NCBI GenBank assembly: GCA_041483895.1
Contig: JBGPGO010000001.1
Span: 192,001 to 256,000, forward strand
Direction: 5' to 3'
DNA from: Fimbriimonadia bacterium
GTDB lineage: Bacteria; Armatimonadota; Fimbriimonadia; Fimbriimonadales; JABRVX01
DNA: 64,000 nucleotides
Position 1 is the first letter of the stretch; every line of letters begins with the position of its first letter. A program made the translations under genes and the position numbers. Below, in pieces: positions 28,902-38,808 of this stretch. The notes under the pieces were generated by a model. It was not told the origin of the DNA. It saw nothing but the letters and a program-made list of their open reading frames with translations, and ran no database searches.

Positions 28902-29624
28902 ATGTATATCGTACAGGACTACAACGCCTACACGGACCAACATCACCGAACGTGGCGGAAGCTGTTCAAAAAGCGGATGGAAACGCTGCCCGACCAGGCC
29001 TGTTCCTTTTTCCTCAAGGGTCTTGCGATTATCAACATGGTGCCTGACCGCATGCCTCGGATTGAGGAGATCAATGCGAATTTGAAGCCGATGACCTGCT
29101 GGCAGGCCTGCCCCGTTGCCGGCTATATCGCTGCCAAGGACTTCTTCGGCTCGTTGGCCCAACGGAAGTTCCCGACCACGATCACCATCCGGCCCGAGGA
29201 CCAGCTCGACTACCTGCCGGAACCCGACATGTTCCACGACGCATTTGGCCACGTGCCACTGCATACCGATACCGTGTTTGCCGACTTTCTACAGAAATTC
29301 GGCGAGGTCGGGATGCGGGAGATGAGTGATGAAGAACGCCTTCGATTGTCCCGGCTGTTTTGGTTCACGGTGGAGTTTGGGCTGGTAGAGGAGGATGGCA
29401 AGGTCAAGCTGTACGGTTCGGGGCTCTGCTCCTCACCCGGTGAGGGTGAGTACTCCCTGACTGACGCCGTGGAAAAGCGGCCTTTCAATGCGGAACGTGC
29501 CATGGATACGGCGTTCGAAATCGATCACTATCAGCCAATCCTGTACGTGGCGGAGTCGTTTGAGCAGATTTTTGAGGCGATCGATCAGCAGGCTCGGCGC
29601 ACCGAACCGGCGGCAGCTAACTAG
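28902..29624 (+). CDS. phhA: Phenylalanine 4-monooxygenase
   Basis: YLPEPDMFHDAFGHVP, WFTVEFGL, YGSGLCSSPGE, YQP. Confidence 0.93.
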   Translation: MYIVQDYNAYTDQHHRTWRKLFKKRMETLPDQACSFFLKGLAIINMVPDRMPRIEEINANLKPMTCWQACPVAGYIAAKDFFGSLAQRKFPTTITIRPEDQLDYLPEPDMFHDAFGHVPLHTDTVFADFLQKFGEVGMREMSDEERLRLSRLFWFTVEFGLVEEDGKVKLYGSGLCSSPGEGEYSLTDAVEKRPFNAERAMDTAFEIDHYQPILYVAESFEQIFEAIDQQARRTEPAAAN

Positions 29625-29691
29625 CGATTCGACCCCGATTGTAACAAAGAAGGACCCTCCGAAGACGGTCCTTGCTTCGAATCCAATTGGA

Positions 29692-30234
29692 TTACTTACG
29701 ACGCCGTCGAAGCCCCAGCATGCCGGCAGCCGCGATGCCAATGCCGGCCATCGCGTTCGGTTCTGGGACAACTGTTGGATACCAACTGATTTCGAAATGC
29801 CCTTCCCCGTGCGGTCCGAGGTCCACAAGGAAGTTCAGATTTGCATAGAAGGTATCACCCGGAGCGATGGACAGTCCACCTGGATCAAAAAACATGATCG
29901 AGGCATTCGGTGTCCCGCTTCCGGCGATGAACTGATTCCAGGACATTCCGGGAACCTTGCCACCATCTTGGGCGCCGACAAATGTGACGTTGCCCAAGAA
30001 GTTGTGGATATCAAAATGGAAATCAATCCACGTGTCGTGCGTGTTGTTAATCTCCGTGAAATTGAGGTTGATCGCCGCTGCGGGCGGTCCGCCTCCCATG
30101 TCCCCAGAATAGTCCCAATCTAGATAAGTCATGCCGTCCACCCACGTGTCGGTGAAATTCCACACGTGCTGCGCATGGGCGGACATGATGCTCGAGGCAA
30201 CTATTGCGGCAAACGCAAATAGCCTCACTTTCAT
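29692..30234 (-). CDS. PEP-CTERM protein
   Basis: Signal peptide, NNT..W.DFHF, VVPEP + TM + RRRK. Confidence 0.85.
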   Translation of the reverse strand: MKVRLFAFAAIVASSIMSAHAQHVWNFTDTWVDGMTYLDWDYSGDMGGGPPAAAINLNFTEINNTHDTWIDFHFDIHNFLGNVTFVGAQDGGKVPGMSWNQFIAGSGTPNASIMFFDPGGLSIAPGDTFYANLNFLVDLGPHGEGHFEISWYPTVVPEPNAMAGIGIAAAGMLGLRRRRK

Positions 30235-30400
30235 AGCCTAGGCTCCTTTCAATATCGGGAGTTTAGGCCACCCAAACTGGCATAAGCCAAAAACCATGTC
30301 TCTGTAGCTGCAGCCTACAGAACGAATTGCAATCCGAGTGTATGATATCGCAGGAATCCCCCGTTGTCAAGTAGATTCCCCAGCAATTGGACTATTTCTA

Positions 30401-31093
30401 ATGTTCAGCGACGCCATCAAGAAGCGAGTCCAGGCCGCGTTTGCCGACATTGAGCGCGCATGCGGGCAATCTGGGCGAGACGCGAGTGCGATCACGGTCG
30501 TGGCGGCCTCGGAATCCCGCTCGATTGAGGAGATCTTAGCGGCTCACCGGGCCGGCATAACCGATTTCGGGGCGAACTATTGGCAGGAGGCCCGCGACAA
30601 GGTCGATCGGGCGCCCGAAACCGTCACCTGGCACTTCATAGGCGCCTTGCAGGACAACAAGGCCAAGCACATCGCCCGCCATTTTCATGTCCTACAGTCC
30701 CTCGAAAGCATGAATCTTGCTAACACTCTTTCAAAATCGTTGATAGCTATTGACAGAACATGCAAAGTTTTGGTAGAAGTAAATATTGACAGCGAGCGTT
30801 CGAAGAGCGGTCTTGGGCCCGTTGCCGCATTGGATTTCGTGTTAGAAGCGGCAGAATTGCCGAATCTCGATGTTTGCGGCCTCATGACGATGGGTGAACC
30901 GGGCGCGAATGAGGCTATCTTATGGAAGAGATTTCGCCAAATGCGCGCTTTATTTGAGGGGCTGCCCGTCGAGCGCCGTAAAATCCTATCGATGGGGATG
31001 ACTGCCGATTTCGAGGTCGCGGTGGAAGAAGGCGCGACAATGGTCAGAATTGGGACCGCAATCTTCGGAGAGCGGCCCAGAAAAGAGGGCTGA
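30401..31093 (+). CDS. yggS: YggS/PLPBP-family protein (PLP lysine replaced by Glu)
   Basis: WHFIGALQDNK, EVNI..SKSG, GLMTM, LSMGMTADF..GATMVRIGTAIFG; upstream of sepF. Confidence 0.92.
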   Translation: MFSDAIKKRVQAAFADIERACGQSGRDASAITVVAASESRSIEEILAAHRAGITDFGANYWQEARDKVDRAPETVTWHFIGALQDNKAKHIARHFHVLQSLESMNLANTLSKSLIAIDRTCKVLVEVNIDSERSKSGLGPVAALDFVLEAAELPNLDVCGLMTMGEPGANEAILWKRFRQMRALFEGLPVERRKILSMGMTADFEVAVEEGATMVRIGTAIFGERPRKEG

Positions 31094-31097
31094 ACTC

Positions 31098-31526
31098 ATG
31101 GATGAGTTGATCGAGAAGGAAGACCGGGGCTTGCTCGGTCGCGTCGTGAAGCTGTTCCGTCGTGATGAGGAACAGGATGACTACGAAGAGGATCGATACG
31201 ATCTTCCGCCACTGGAAGGCAGACGGGGCTACTCAAAAATGCACCAAGTACATCCTTATAACGTATGTGTGCGAATGTATGTGAACTCATTCGAAGACGC
31301 GCGCCAGGCCGCGGACGGCCTGAAGTATGGTGAACAGCAGATTCTCAATCTCGTCGATACCGAGACGATCTTGCGGCAGAAGGTAGTCGACTTTCTTTCC
31401 GGCGTCGTCTATGCCCAAGAAGGCACCGTGGAGAAGCTGGCGGACAATGTGTTTCTGTTCGCGCCTCGCCAGGCGGTCGTGGACGTTTCACCGCCATCGC
31501 CTCGAATTGCCAGCATGAATAACTAA
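31098..31526 (+). CDS. sepF: Cell division protein SepF
   Basis: SFEDARQAADGLK..ILNL..VDFLSGVVYA..GTVEK..FLFAP; follows yggS. Confidence 0.9.
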   Translation: MDELIEKEDRGLLGRVVKLFRRDEEQDDYEEDRYDLPPLEGRRGYSKMHQVHPYNVCVRMYVNSFEDARQAADGLKYGEQQILNLVDTETILRQKVVDFLSGVVYAQEGTVEKLADNVFLFAPRQAVVDVSPPSPRIASMNN

Positions 31527-31542
31527 GCTTGTTTACAAACTG

Positions 31543-31575
31543 GAAGACCTCTGCAACTCGCAGGGGTTTTTTCTT
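31543..31575 (+). terminator. Rho-independent terminator after sepF
   Basis: ACCTCTGC-AACTC-GCAGGGGT followed by a T-run. Confidence 0.7.
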
Positions 31576-31606
31576 GTTGGAAGGAGAAAAGACGTTGGAG
31601 GCATCG

Positions 31607-33586
31607 ATGGATATTCGGCCGTTGACTATTGGAATTCTCCTTCTCGGCATGAGCGGGCGCGCGATTTGCCAGGCGGCGTATTGGGACCCCGAGTCCCAGG
31701 CCATGAAGCAGACCGTCACGGTCCGGGTGCCAATGGCGAGGGATAATACACAGGCGATGCAGCTTCGGGATCAGCTCCTCAAGCCGCCGGCGGGAATCCG
31801 CGAGGTCCCCAACAACATTCCCAAGGAGCTGGTCCGGCACTTTATCCAGGACCCTTCCCTTGCGCAAGCGACGACGAAGGACGACCTCGTCCAGCAACTA
31901 TCCATGCCGGGATCGGCATTCCCCGGTCCGGGAATCAATGGCTGGACCCCTGGCGACCCGAATATCGCCGTCGGGCCGAATAACATCGTGGCGGTGATCA
32001 ATGGCCGCATGACATTCCATTCCAAGACAGGGGCCATCAGTTTCAACGTCGATCCCTATACCTTTTACAGCAGTCTGCCTATCGGAGGCGCAAATCCGTT
32101 CGATCCAAGGGCCTGGTACGACCGAAGTATCGGGCGGTTCTGGATCAGTTACGCCTTGGCGACCAATGGCCGCGGTTACAACCTGATAGGCCTCTCGGAC
32201 GACAGCAATCCTAACGGGAATTGGACGTTGTGGATGCTGAACGATTCCCTCAATAATCAGAATGACGTGGCCGACTGGGCCGACTATCCGGGATTGGGAG
32301 GAAACGACGACTTCCTAGTGCTCACGATGAACATGTACCTGGACGCCGGCGGCGGTTACGGCAAAATCCGGCTGATGTCCAAAACGCAGTTTGTGAACGG
32401 ATCGAGCACGATCAGTTGGACCGATTTCTGGAATTTCAGCAATCCCGCCTTTGGGCACGGCACGGCCTGGAGCTTGCAGCCGGCGCGCCACATCGGACCC
32501 AGCGCAATGCCATTGATCGCAAACATCAGCGGCGCGAACCGATGCAACATTTACGGCATTCAGAACCCTGGGACCAGCCCCACTTTGAAGAAGTACGGGG
32601 TCGCTGTCAACACCTTCGCCGGTGGACCGAACGCCGATCAGAAAGGGACGGTCGCGCAGCTGAGCACAGTGGGCGATCGAATTTACGACGTGGCCGCGAG
32701 GGACAGTCATATCCTTGTCACGCACAACATCACCGGCGGGGGAGGATGCTGCATCCGATGGTATGACATCAACGTGTCGGCCTTTCCGCCGTCCGCAAGC
32801 GTCATCCAACAGGGGAACATCGAGGACGCCATCGCGGACATCTATTACGGCGCTCCCCAGATGAACCAGTTCGGCGTGATCGGCACGGGCGTCACGAAGT
32901 CCAGCGCGGCGGAATATGCGTCGCTCTACTTTGCCGGGCGCGAGCCAAGCGATCCGCTGGGGACGATGCAGCCGTTGGTGCTGAAAAAGTCGGGAACCAG
33001 CCCGTATGGCTCGTCTGGCGTGCAGCGTTGGGGCGATTATCAGGGCGGCGCGGTCGATCCATACGACGAGACGACGTTCTGGGCGATCGCGATGGTGCCG
33101 GTCAGCGGGATTTGGGCGACGGAGATCTACTCCTATCAGCTTGGTGCGCTGCCCGCATCCCTTATTGGGACGATCACGCTCGATCAATGGGTTGCCTCCC
33201 GCGCGGGTCTCACGGCCAATCTGGAATTACGCAATCCTGGCACGACGACGGTGGCGCATACTTATCCGATTACGCTCAGCTCATCCGGACACTATTCCTT
33301 GCCGAACGTGGCTATCGGCACATGGGACGTTGCGGTCAAGTTTTCTCATTGGCTTCGCGCAAAGGCCACCAATCGAACGATCAGCAACGGCTCGAATTTG
33401 GCCAACTTTGTGCTGACGAACGGCGATGCCTTTGCTGACAATTCCATCGATTTGGGCGATCTGAACCAGGTTATGACGGAATTCGGCACTGCGTCAACGG
33501 ACACAGATTTAGATGGCAGCGGTCTGGTCGATCTGCCAGATCTCAATATCGTGCTGACGAACTTTGCGATGTCCGGGGCGCAGTAG
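31607..33586 (+). CDS. Secreted RWGDY-motif protein (probable beta-propeller) with C-terminal Ig-like + dockerin-like domain, paralog 1
   Basis: GGAGG RBS, signal peptide, PGDPNIAVG, FDPR..YD, WADYPG, RWGDY..DP.D..TFW, NGDA..DLDGSG. Confidence 0.8.
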   Translation: MDIRPLTIGILLLGMSGRAICQAAYWDPESQAMKQTVTVRVPMARDNTQAMQLRDQLLKPPAGIREVPNNIPKELVRHFIQDPSLAQATTKDDLVQQLSMPGSAFPGPGINGWTPGDPNIAVGPNNIVAVINGRMTFHSKTGAISFNVDPYTFYSSLPIGGANPFDPRAWYDRSIGRFWISYALATNGRGYNLIGLSDDSNPNGNWTLWMLNDSLNNQNDVADWADYPGLGGNDDFLVLTMNMYLDAGGGYGKIRLMSKTQFVNGSSTISWTDFWNFSNPAFGHGTAWSLQPARHIGPSAMPLIANISGANRCNIYGIQNPGTSPTLKKYGVAVNTFAGGPNADQKGTVAQLSTVGDRIYDVAARDSHILVTHNITGGGGCCIRWYDINVSAFPPSASVIQQGNIEDAIADIYYGAPQMNQFGVIGTGVTKSSAAEYASLYFAGREPSDPLGTMQPLVLKKSGTSPYGSSGVQRWGDYQGGAVDPYDETTFWAIAMVPVSGIWATEIYSYQLGALPASLIGTITLDQWVASRAGLTANLELRNPGTTTVAHTYPITLSSSGHYSLPNVAIGTWDVAVKFSHWLRAKATNRTISNGSNLANFVLTNGDAFADNSIDLGDLNQVMTEFGTASTDTDLDGSGLVDLPDLNIVLTNFAMSGAQ

Positions 33587-33764
33587 TACACGCTCGAGTC
33601 TACTAATGGCGATGGTCGGTCGGTGCCATCCTGGCCGTAGCCATGATTCGACGCAATTGCGTCGGTCATGGACCTTCACGTCATGATTAATCGCGACATC
33701 CTGGGACATTGCTTGTTTGGTATCTTTGTGAGAAAATGACGACCATGTTATGTGATCTCCCCTT

Positions 33765-33992
33765 ATGGCAATTCACCGAAAGTCGGAGTACCATGTTAAT
33801 GGCCGCCTTCTAAGGAAAGAATGGTGGACCATGATGGGGCTGTACGTAACAAGCCCAACCGGAGCTCAACCCACAGGTTGGCCGAAGACTCTGAGTGAAA
33901 CGATTCCCGAGCATGACCTGGCGATGGACGTTGACGGAGCGATCATCTTCGTGACGGCAGACGGAGACGTCAAGGCATATTGGGGATATTGA
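33765..33992 (+). pseudogene. Possible 3' remnant of a beta-propeller protein
   Basis: GWP..LAMDVDGAIIFVTADGDVKAYWGY, no clear RBS; followed by a 13-bp perfect hairpin at 34000-34029. Confidence 0.3.
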
Positions 33993-34035
33993 TGTCTAGC
34001 TACTGGGGAGGCGCTTGCCTCCCCAGTAGATTTGG

Positions 34036-35391
34036 ATGGAGATCGTCATGAGAAACCTTTTGCTGTTCGTGCCTCTGCTGCTCCTACAGGCGCGAGGGCT
34101 CGCGCAAACCAAATGGCACCACGAATTGCTCAACACGCGAATTATTCAGATGGAGGGCCGCCTTGATGTCTTCTTCCGAGTGAATCCCTCAAACATCCCA
34201 ATCTATACGGCGCAGCCCATTGGTTACCCGGGGATGCACGCCTGGCGAGGAACGGAGAGCTTGAATGATACATATCTTGCGTATCCAAGTCAAGGCAAGG
34301 GATTCCAGATTAACCGCGCGGGCGAGGTTGCCTACACAGCACTGACTTTGTCTTCCCTCAAAGTGATGGTTGAAGGCACCGACTACTTTGAACCCATATT
34401 CGGTAAGAGCAAGAACTACTCGCTATTCATCGGTGGACTGAGTCAGAGTGGCATTCCTTTGTGGTTGGCGGACGATAGCACGACGCACGTGGTGCGAATA
34501 TTTTATGGCCTGGATGAACTAACCGAGGGGCGGCAATACTTCCTCCCGAAACCTCTCAAAGTGAACGAGAAAGGCGACGCGTTGTGGACGGGATACTACG
34601 AGGAAAACGGCCAGGATATCGAAGGCGTATTCGTCAACAAGACGGACGTTTCCACCCCGCTCCTGGGAGGCAACGCGTTCGTCCTCGCCGCCGATATGAA
34701 CGACAGTGGCGATGTCATCTTCGCCGGCACGGGTGACAACTTCGGTTTGAAGCAGAAGCTGTTTCTCAATGGCGTCAATATTACCGACACATATGGCATT
34801 GGCATGCTCCAAGTGAATCAGATCCGTTTGTCCAACAGCGGCCACTACTTGTGGCATATTATGGATCCGGACCGTCGCGAGCGCCTCATGTTCGACCATG
34901 TGGATCTGTCGCGGGCGGTGCTCGGGGATGTGGACTATGGGATTTACCAAGGGGAGCTATTCATCAACGATGCCGGGGACGTCGGTTGGACCGCGCAAGG
35001 AGACAGCTTCCATAAGAAGATATTTCGCAATAAGATCGATGTCTCTACCAACGCGATCGGATTCCCCTACGCGCCCTATGCGCCGTCACTCGTCGGGATC
35101 GATGGCATGGGAAATGTCGCCTGGTCCGGGGGCGGACCGCTAACCAACAACAAATACGAAGCGTTCGTCAACGATTTTTCAATTAGTCGCGACGCCCTCA
35201 AAGACCAGCCCTATGGCAACGCGTACGCCCTCGCCATTGGGGCGAATGGCGCCGTGCTCTGGTACTCGAACTATGCCGGAGACGGCTTCGCGAAGATCTG
35301 GCTCTCCACACCGGTACCGGAGCCATCGGCATTCACCCTTCTCGGCATCGGCCTCATCGGATATCTTATCAGAAGGCGGTCGAAGCCCTAA
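34036..35391 (+). CDS. PEP-CTERM surface protein with (I/L)NxxGxVxW repeats, paralog of 21801..22994
   Basis: Signal peptide, INRAGEVAY/MNDSGDVIF/INDAGDVGW repeats, LSTPVPEP + TM + RRR. Confidence 0.85.
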   Translation: MEIVMRNLLLFVPLLLLQARGLAQTKWHHELLNTRIIQMEGRLDVFFRVNPSNIPIYTAQPIGYPGMHAWRGTESLNDTYLAYPSQGKGFQINRAGEVAYTALTLSSLKVMVEGTDYFEPIFGKSKNYSLFIGGLSQSGIPLWLADDSTTHVVRIFYGLDELTEGRQYFLPKPLKVNEKGDALWTGYYEENGQDIEGVFVNKTDVSTPLLGGNAFVLAADMNDSGDVIFAGTGDNFGLKQKLFLNGVNITDTYGIGMLQVNQIRLSNSGHYLWHIMDPDRRERLMFDHVDLSRAVLGDVDYGIYQGELFINDAGDVGWTAQGDSFHKKIFRNKIDVSTNAIGFPYAPYAPSLVGIDGMGNVAWSGGGPLTNNKYEAFVNDFSISRDALKDQPYGNAYALAIGANGAVLWYSNYAGDGFAKIWLSTPVPEPSAFTLLGIGLIGYLIRRRSKP

Positions 35392-36491
35392 GCCCCCCTC
35401 CGAAACCCATCCATGAATTGCGCCAATGCCTCGCAGCCGGCGAGCGGAAACGCGTTGTAAACAGATGCGCGAAGGCCGCCGACGGAGCGATGCCCTTTCA
35501 GACCGGAGAATCCCGCCGACTCGGACTCGGCGACAAACCTCTTCTCCAGCTCTTCCGACGGCAGCCGGAAAGTGATGTTCATGCGGGAGCGGCTATCTGG
35601 CCGCGCATGCCCGCGATAGAAGCCGTCGCTCGAATCGATCGCATCATAAATCACGGCCGCCTTCTTCCTGTTTCGCTCCGCCATCACGGTCAGGCCGCCC
35701 TCGTCCAGCAAGTATTTTGCGACCAACCCGACCATGTAGATGGTGAAGCACGGCGGCGTGTTATACAGCGAATTGTTGGACGCCATCACCTTATAGTCGA
35801 GCATGGTATGCAGACCTTCCGCCGCGGTCTCCAGAAAGTCGTCGCAGATGATGCAGCAGGTCGCGCCGGCGGGACCCATGTTCTTTTGAGTGCCCGCGTA
35901 GATGAGCGAAAATCTGCTCACGTCAATCGGCCCGCTCAAAATATCGGAAGACATATCGCACACCAGGTGATGGCGCCCAACCGATGGCACATAGCTGAAT
36001 TCGGTTCCGAAAATTGTGTTGTTGGACGTGTAATGCACGTAGGCGGCGCCGGACGAGAAGCTCAATTCTTGTTGTGATGGGATTCGATCGAAGTTGGTCT
36101 CCTCCGAAGTGCCGGCAACATGAACGGTACCGACCCGCTTCGCCTCTTTGATCGCCTTCTTGGACCATTCGCCCGTGTTGATGTAATCGGCGCTGCCCGT
36201 ACGCGGTAGGAAGTTCATGGCGATCATGGAGAACTGCATGCTGGCCCCGCCTTGCAAGAACAAAATCTTGTAGTTGGAGGGAATCCCAAGCAGCGCGGCC
36301 AGATCCTGTTGCGTCTTCTCCAAAATCCCTTCAAATACTTTGCCGCGATGGCTTAGCTCCAGCACCGACATACCGACGCCGGGCAGAGAAAAGAGATCCC
36401 GCTGCGCCTGGCGCAATACCGGCTCCGGCAGAATCGCCGGTCCCGCCGAAAAATTGTAGATCCGCTCGGTCGTAACATCCGTTACATTCAT
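35388..36491 (-). CDS. serC: Phosphoserine aminotransferase
   Basis: NFSAGPA, ELSHR, LQGGA, NNTIFG, DMSS, AGTQKNMG, NTPP, GHRSVGGLRAS. Confidence 0.96.
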   Translation of the reverse strand: MNVTDVTTERIYNFSAGPAILPEPVLRQAQRDLFSLPGVGMSVLELSHRGKVFEGILEKTQQDLAALLGIPSNYKILFLQGGASMQFSMIAMNFLPRTGSADYINTGEWSKKAIKEAKRVGTVHVAGTSEETNFDRIPSQQELSFSSGAAYVHYTSNNTIFGTEFSYVPSVGRHHLVCDMSSDILSGPIDVSRFSLIYAGTQKNMGPAGATCCIICDDFLETAAEGLHTMLDYKVMASNNSLYNTPPCFTIYMVGLVAKYLLDEGGLTVMAERNRKKAAVIYDAIDSSDGFYRGHARPDSRSRMNITFRLPSEELEKRFVAESESAGFSGLKGHRSVGGLRASVYNAFPLAGCEALAQFMDGFRRGA

Positions 36492-36654
36492 TGAGTCCTC
36501 CCGGTCGATTCGCTGTTCCTATTGTATTCGAAACGCAGCCTCGGTGGCACGGTAATTGCCGCCAGTTGAAGGAACCGGACCTCTTGCGAACGTGTTAAGT
36601 AGTAGTACTGGAAGCGGCCCACTTGAGGGCCCCAAACGGAATCTTGGAGGATTT

Positions 36655-38655
36655 ATGTCACAAAGTCGATTTGCGCTCTCCGGCGTCGCGCTGATGGCGA
36701 TGGCAGCGGGTTCCCTTGCCCAGGGCCCGCAATACGACCCGGAGTCGGAGGCCATGAAACAGACCGTCACAATGAGGGTACCCATGGTGGTAGACACCAC
36801 CGCAGCAATGCAGTATCGAGAGCAGTTCCTCCGGCCACCCACGGGAATCTTGACCGTTCCGATCGGCCTTCCGAAGGAGTTGCTCCACTACTTTCCTGTA
36901 GGCAACGGTTTTGCATATAACCGGACACAGAACGACATCATGAGCCAACTTGGCTCTCCGGCGGGAGCGTTCCCAGGTCCCGGCGAACAGGGCCTGACCC
37001 CCGGGGACCCCGACGTTGCAGTGGGACCCGACTATGTGGTTGGAGTGGTCAATGGCCGAATCACCATCCACAACAAGGTCACCGGCGCAATCACCTTCAA
37101 CGTAAATCCAACGACATTCTTCAACGGCTTCGGCATCCCATTCTCGCTCGTGTATGATCCTCGCTGCTGGTACGATCAGTCTTCGGGCCGATTTTGGATT
37201 ATGTACGGCGGGTTGCATAACACGTTGAACATCAGCTACTTCTTGGTAGCCATGTCCGACGACAGCGATCCCAGGGGCACATGGACGAAATGGGCGCTCA
37301 ACTCGACTCTCAACGGCACGGTCGACAGCCTAGCGTGGAGCGATTATCCCGGCTTCGGGGGAAACAGCGACGTCCTGATGTTCACTGGCAACATGTTTGG
37401 ATTCTCCAGTGGTGGCGGTTATGGCAAGATTCGCGTCGCTCCCAAGGCGCAGTTCCTAGCCCTATCACCGACCATCACCTACACCGACATTTGGAGCTTC
37501 TCGAATCCCAGCGGCGGCACGGCATGGAGTCTGCAGCCGGCAAGGCACATTGGTTCCAGCGTCATGCCGTTACTCGCCAACGTCAGCGGAACAAACCGCT
37601 GCAACATCTTCGGCATTCAGAACCCCCTGACGACACCGGTCCTGAAGAAGATTGGCGTTTCAGTGTCGGCGTTCGGCGGTTCGGGAGCTGCCAATCAGAA
37701 GGGGACAACAGTGACCCTTGACACCCTGGACGGCCGCATCTATGACGTGGCTTGCCGAGACAACCGGGTTTTGGTCAGCCATAACATAGGCGGCGGTGGC
37801 GGATCGGTTGTCCGCTGGTACGACATTAATGCATCGTCGTTCCCGACAACCGCGTCGCTCACCCAATCCGGCAACTTGACCGACGCGACTTCCGACATCT
37901 ACTATTGCGCCCCGCAGATCAATCAGTACGGAACCATCGGCGCTGGAATTACCAAGTCGAGCGCGACCGAATTCGTATCTCTGTACTACACCGGCCATGA
38001 AACGACGGATGGCGCCGGCACAATGAAGGCGCTGACACTGAAGAAGGCCGCGACCTTGGGATATACCGGTAATGGCAACGGCGGCACGCAGCGATGGGGT
38101 GACTACCAGGGTGGCGACATCGATCCCGTCGATAACTACACGTTCTGGGCCATCGCGATGGTTCCCACGAGCGCATCGGCGTGGACAACGGAGATCTACT
38201 CCTACACCATCGGCGCGCTGCCCGCAAGCCTGACGGGAACGATCACCCTCGACGGCTGGTCCGCATCGCCGTCCGGTCAGTCCGCAACCCTCGAATTCCG
38301 CACGCCAAGCACGACGACGGTAGTCTATTCCTATCCAATCACGCTCGATGGATCGGGGCAATTCACCCTTCCCACCGTAGCGACGGGAACGTATGACATC
38401 GCCGTCAAGTTCTCGCACTGGCTCCGGAATTTGGTCCCCAGCAAGACCATCAGTGCAGGCGCCAATTCGATCATCCTGTCGCTTACGAATGGCGATGCAT
38501 TCGTGGACAATGGCGTCAACTTGCCCGATCTCAATGAGATCTTCACGAACTTTGCCACTGTGCTTGCCAGCGCCGACATGGATGGCAGTGGCTTGGTAGA
38601 TCTTCCCGATCTCAACATGGTATTCACGAACTTCGCGCTCAACGGCGTGCCGTAG
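36655..38655 (+). CDS. Secreted RWGDY-motif protein with dockerin-like C-terminus, paralog 2
   Basis: GGAGG RBS; collinear with 31607..33586 (YDPES.AMKQTVT, RWGDYQGG, AVKFSHWLR). Confidence 0.8.
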   Translation: MSQSRFALSGVALMAMAAGSLAQGPQYDPESEAMKQTVTMRVPMVVDTTAAMQYREQFLRPPTGILTVPIGLPKELLHYFPVGNGFAYNRTQNDIMSQLGSPAGAFPGPGEQGLTPGDPDVAVGPDYVVGVVNGRITIHNKVTGAITFNVNPTTFFNGFGIPFSLVYDPRCWYDQSSGRFWIMYGGLHNTLNISYFLVAMSDDSDPRGTWTKWALNSTLNGTVDSLAWSDYPGFGGNSDVLMFTGNMFGFSSGGGYGKIRVAPKAQFLALSPTITYTDIWSFSNPSGGTAWSLQPARHIGSSVMPLLANVSGTNRCNIFGIQNPLTTPVLKKIGVSVSAFGGSGAANQKGTTVTLDTLDGRIYDVACRDNRVLVSHNIGGGGGSVVRWYDINASSFPTTASLTQSGNLTDATSDIYYCAPQINQYGTIGAGITKSSATEFVSLYYTGHETTDGAGTMKALTLKKAATLGYTGNGNGGTQRWGDYQGGDIDPVDNYTFWAIAMVPTSASAWTTEIYSYTIGALPASLTGTITLDGWSASPSGQSATLEFRTPSTTTVVYSYPITLDGSGQFTLPTVATGTYDIAVKFSHWLRNLVPSKTISAGANSIILSLTNGDAFVDNGVNLPDLNEIFTNFATVLASADMDGSGLVDLPDLNMVFTNFALNGVP

Positions 38656-38685
38656 AAGCCGGTTCAAGAACCCTCAAACTCGCCA

Positions 38686-38728
38686 ACCGGGTGGCTGCCA
38701 AAAATACTGGCAACCACCCGGTAATTTT
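38686..38728 (+). terminator. Probable terminator hairpin
   Basis: ACCGGGTGGCTGCCA/TGGCAACCACCCGGT followed by AATTTT. Confidence 0.55.
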
Positions 38729-38808
38729 ATACAGTTCTGATATAATGCTCGGGTTGTTGTTATTTATTCCGGGCATCGAACCGCCCGCTTGTTTCAGGAG
38801 AAGGGGAA

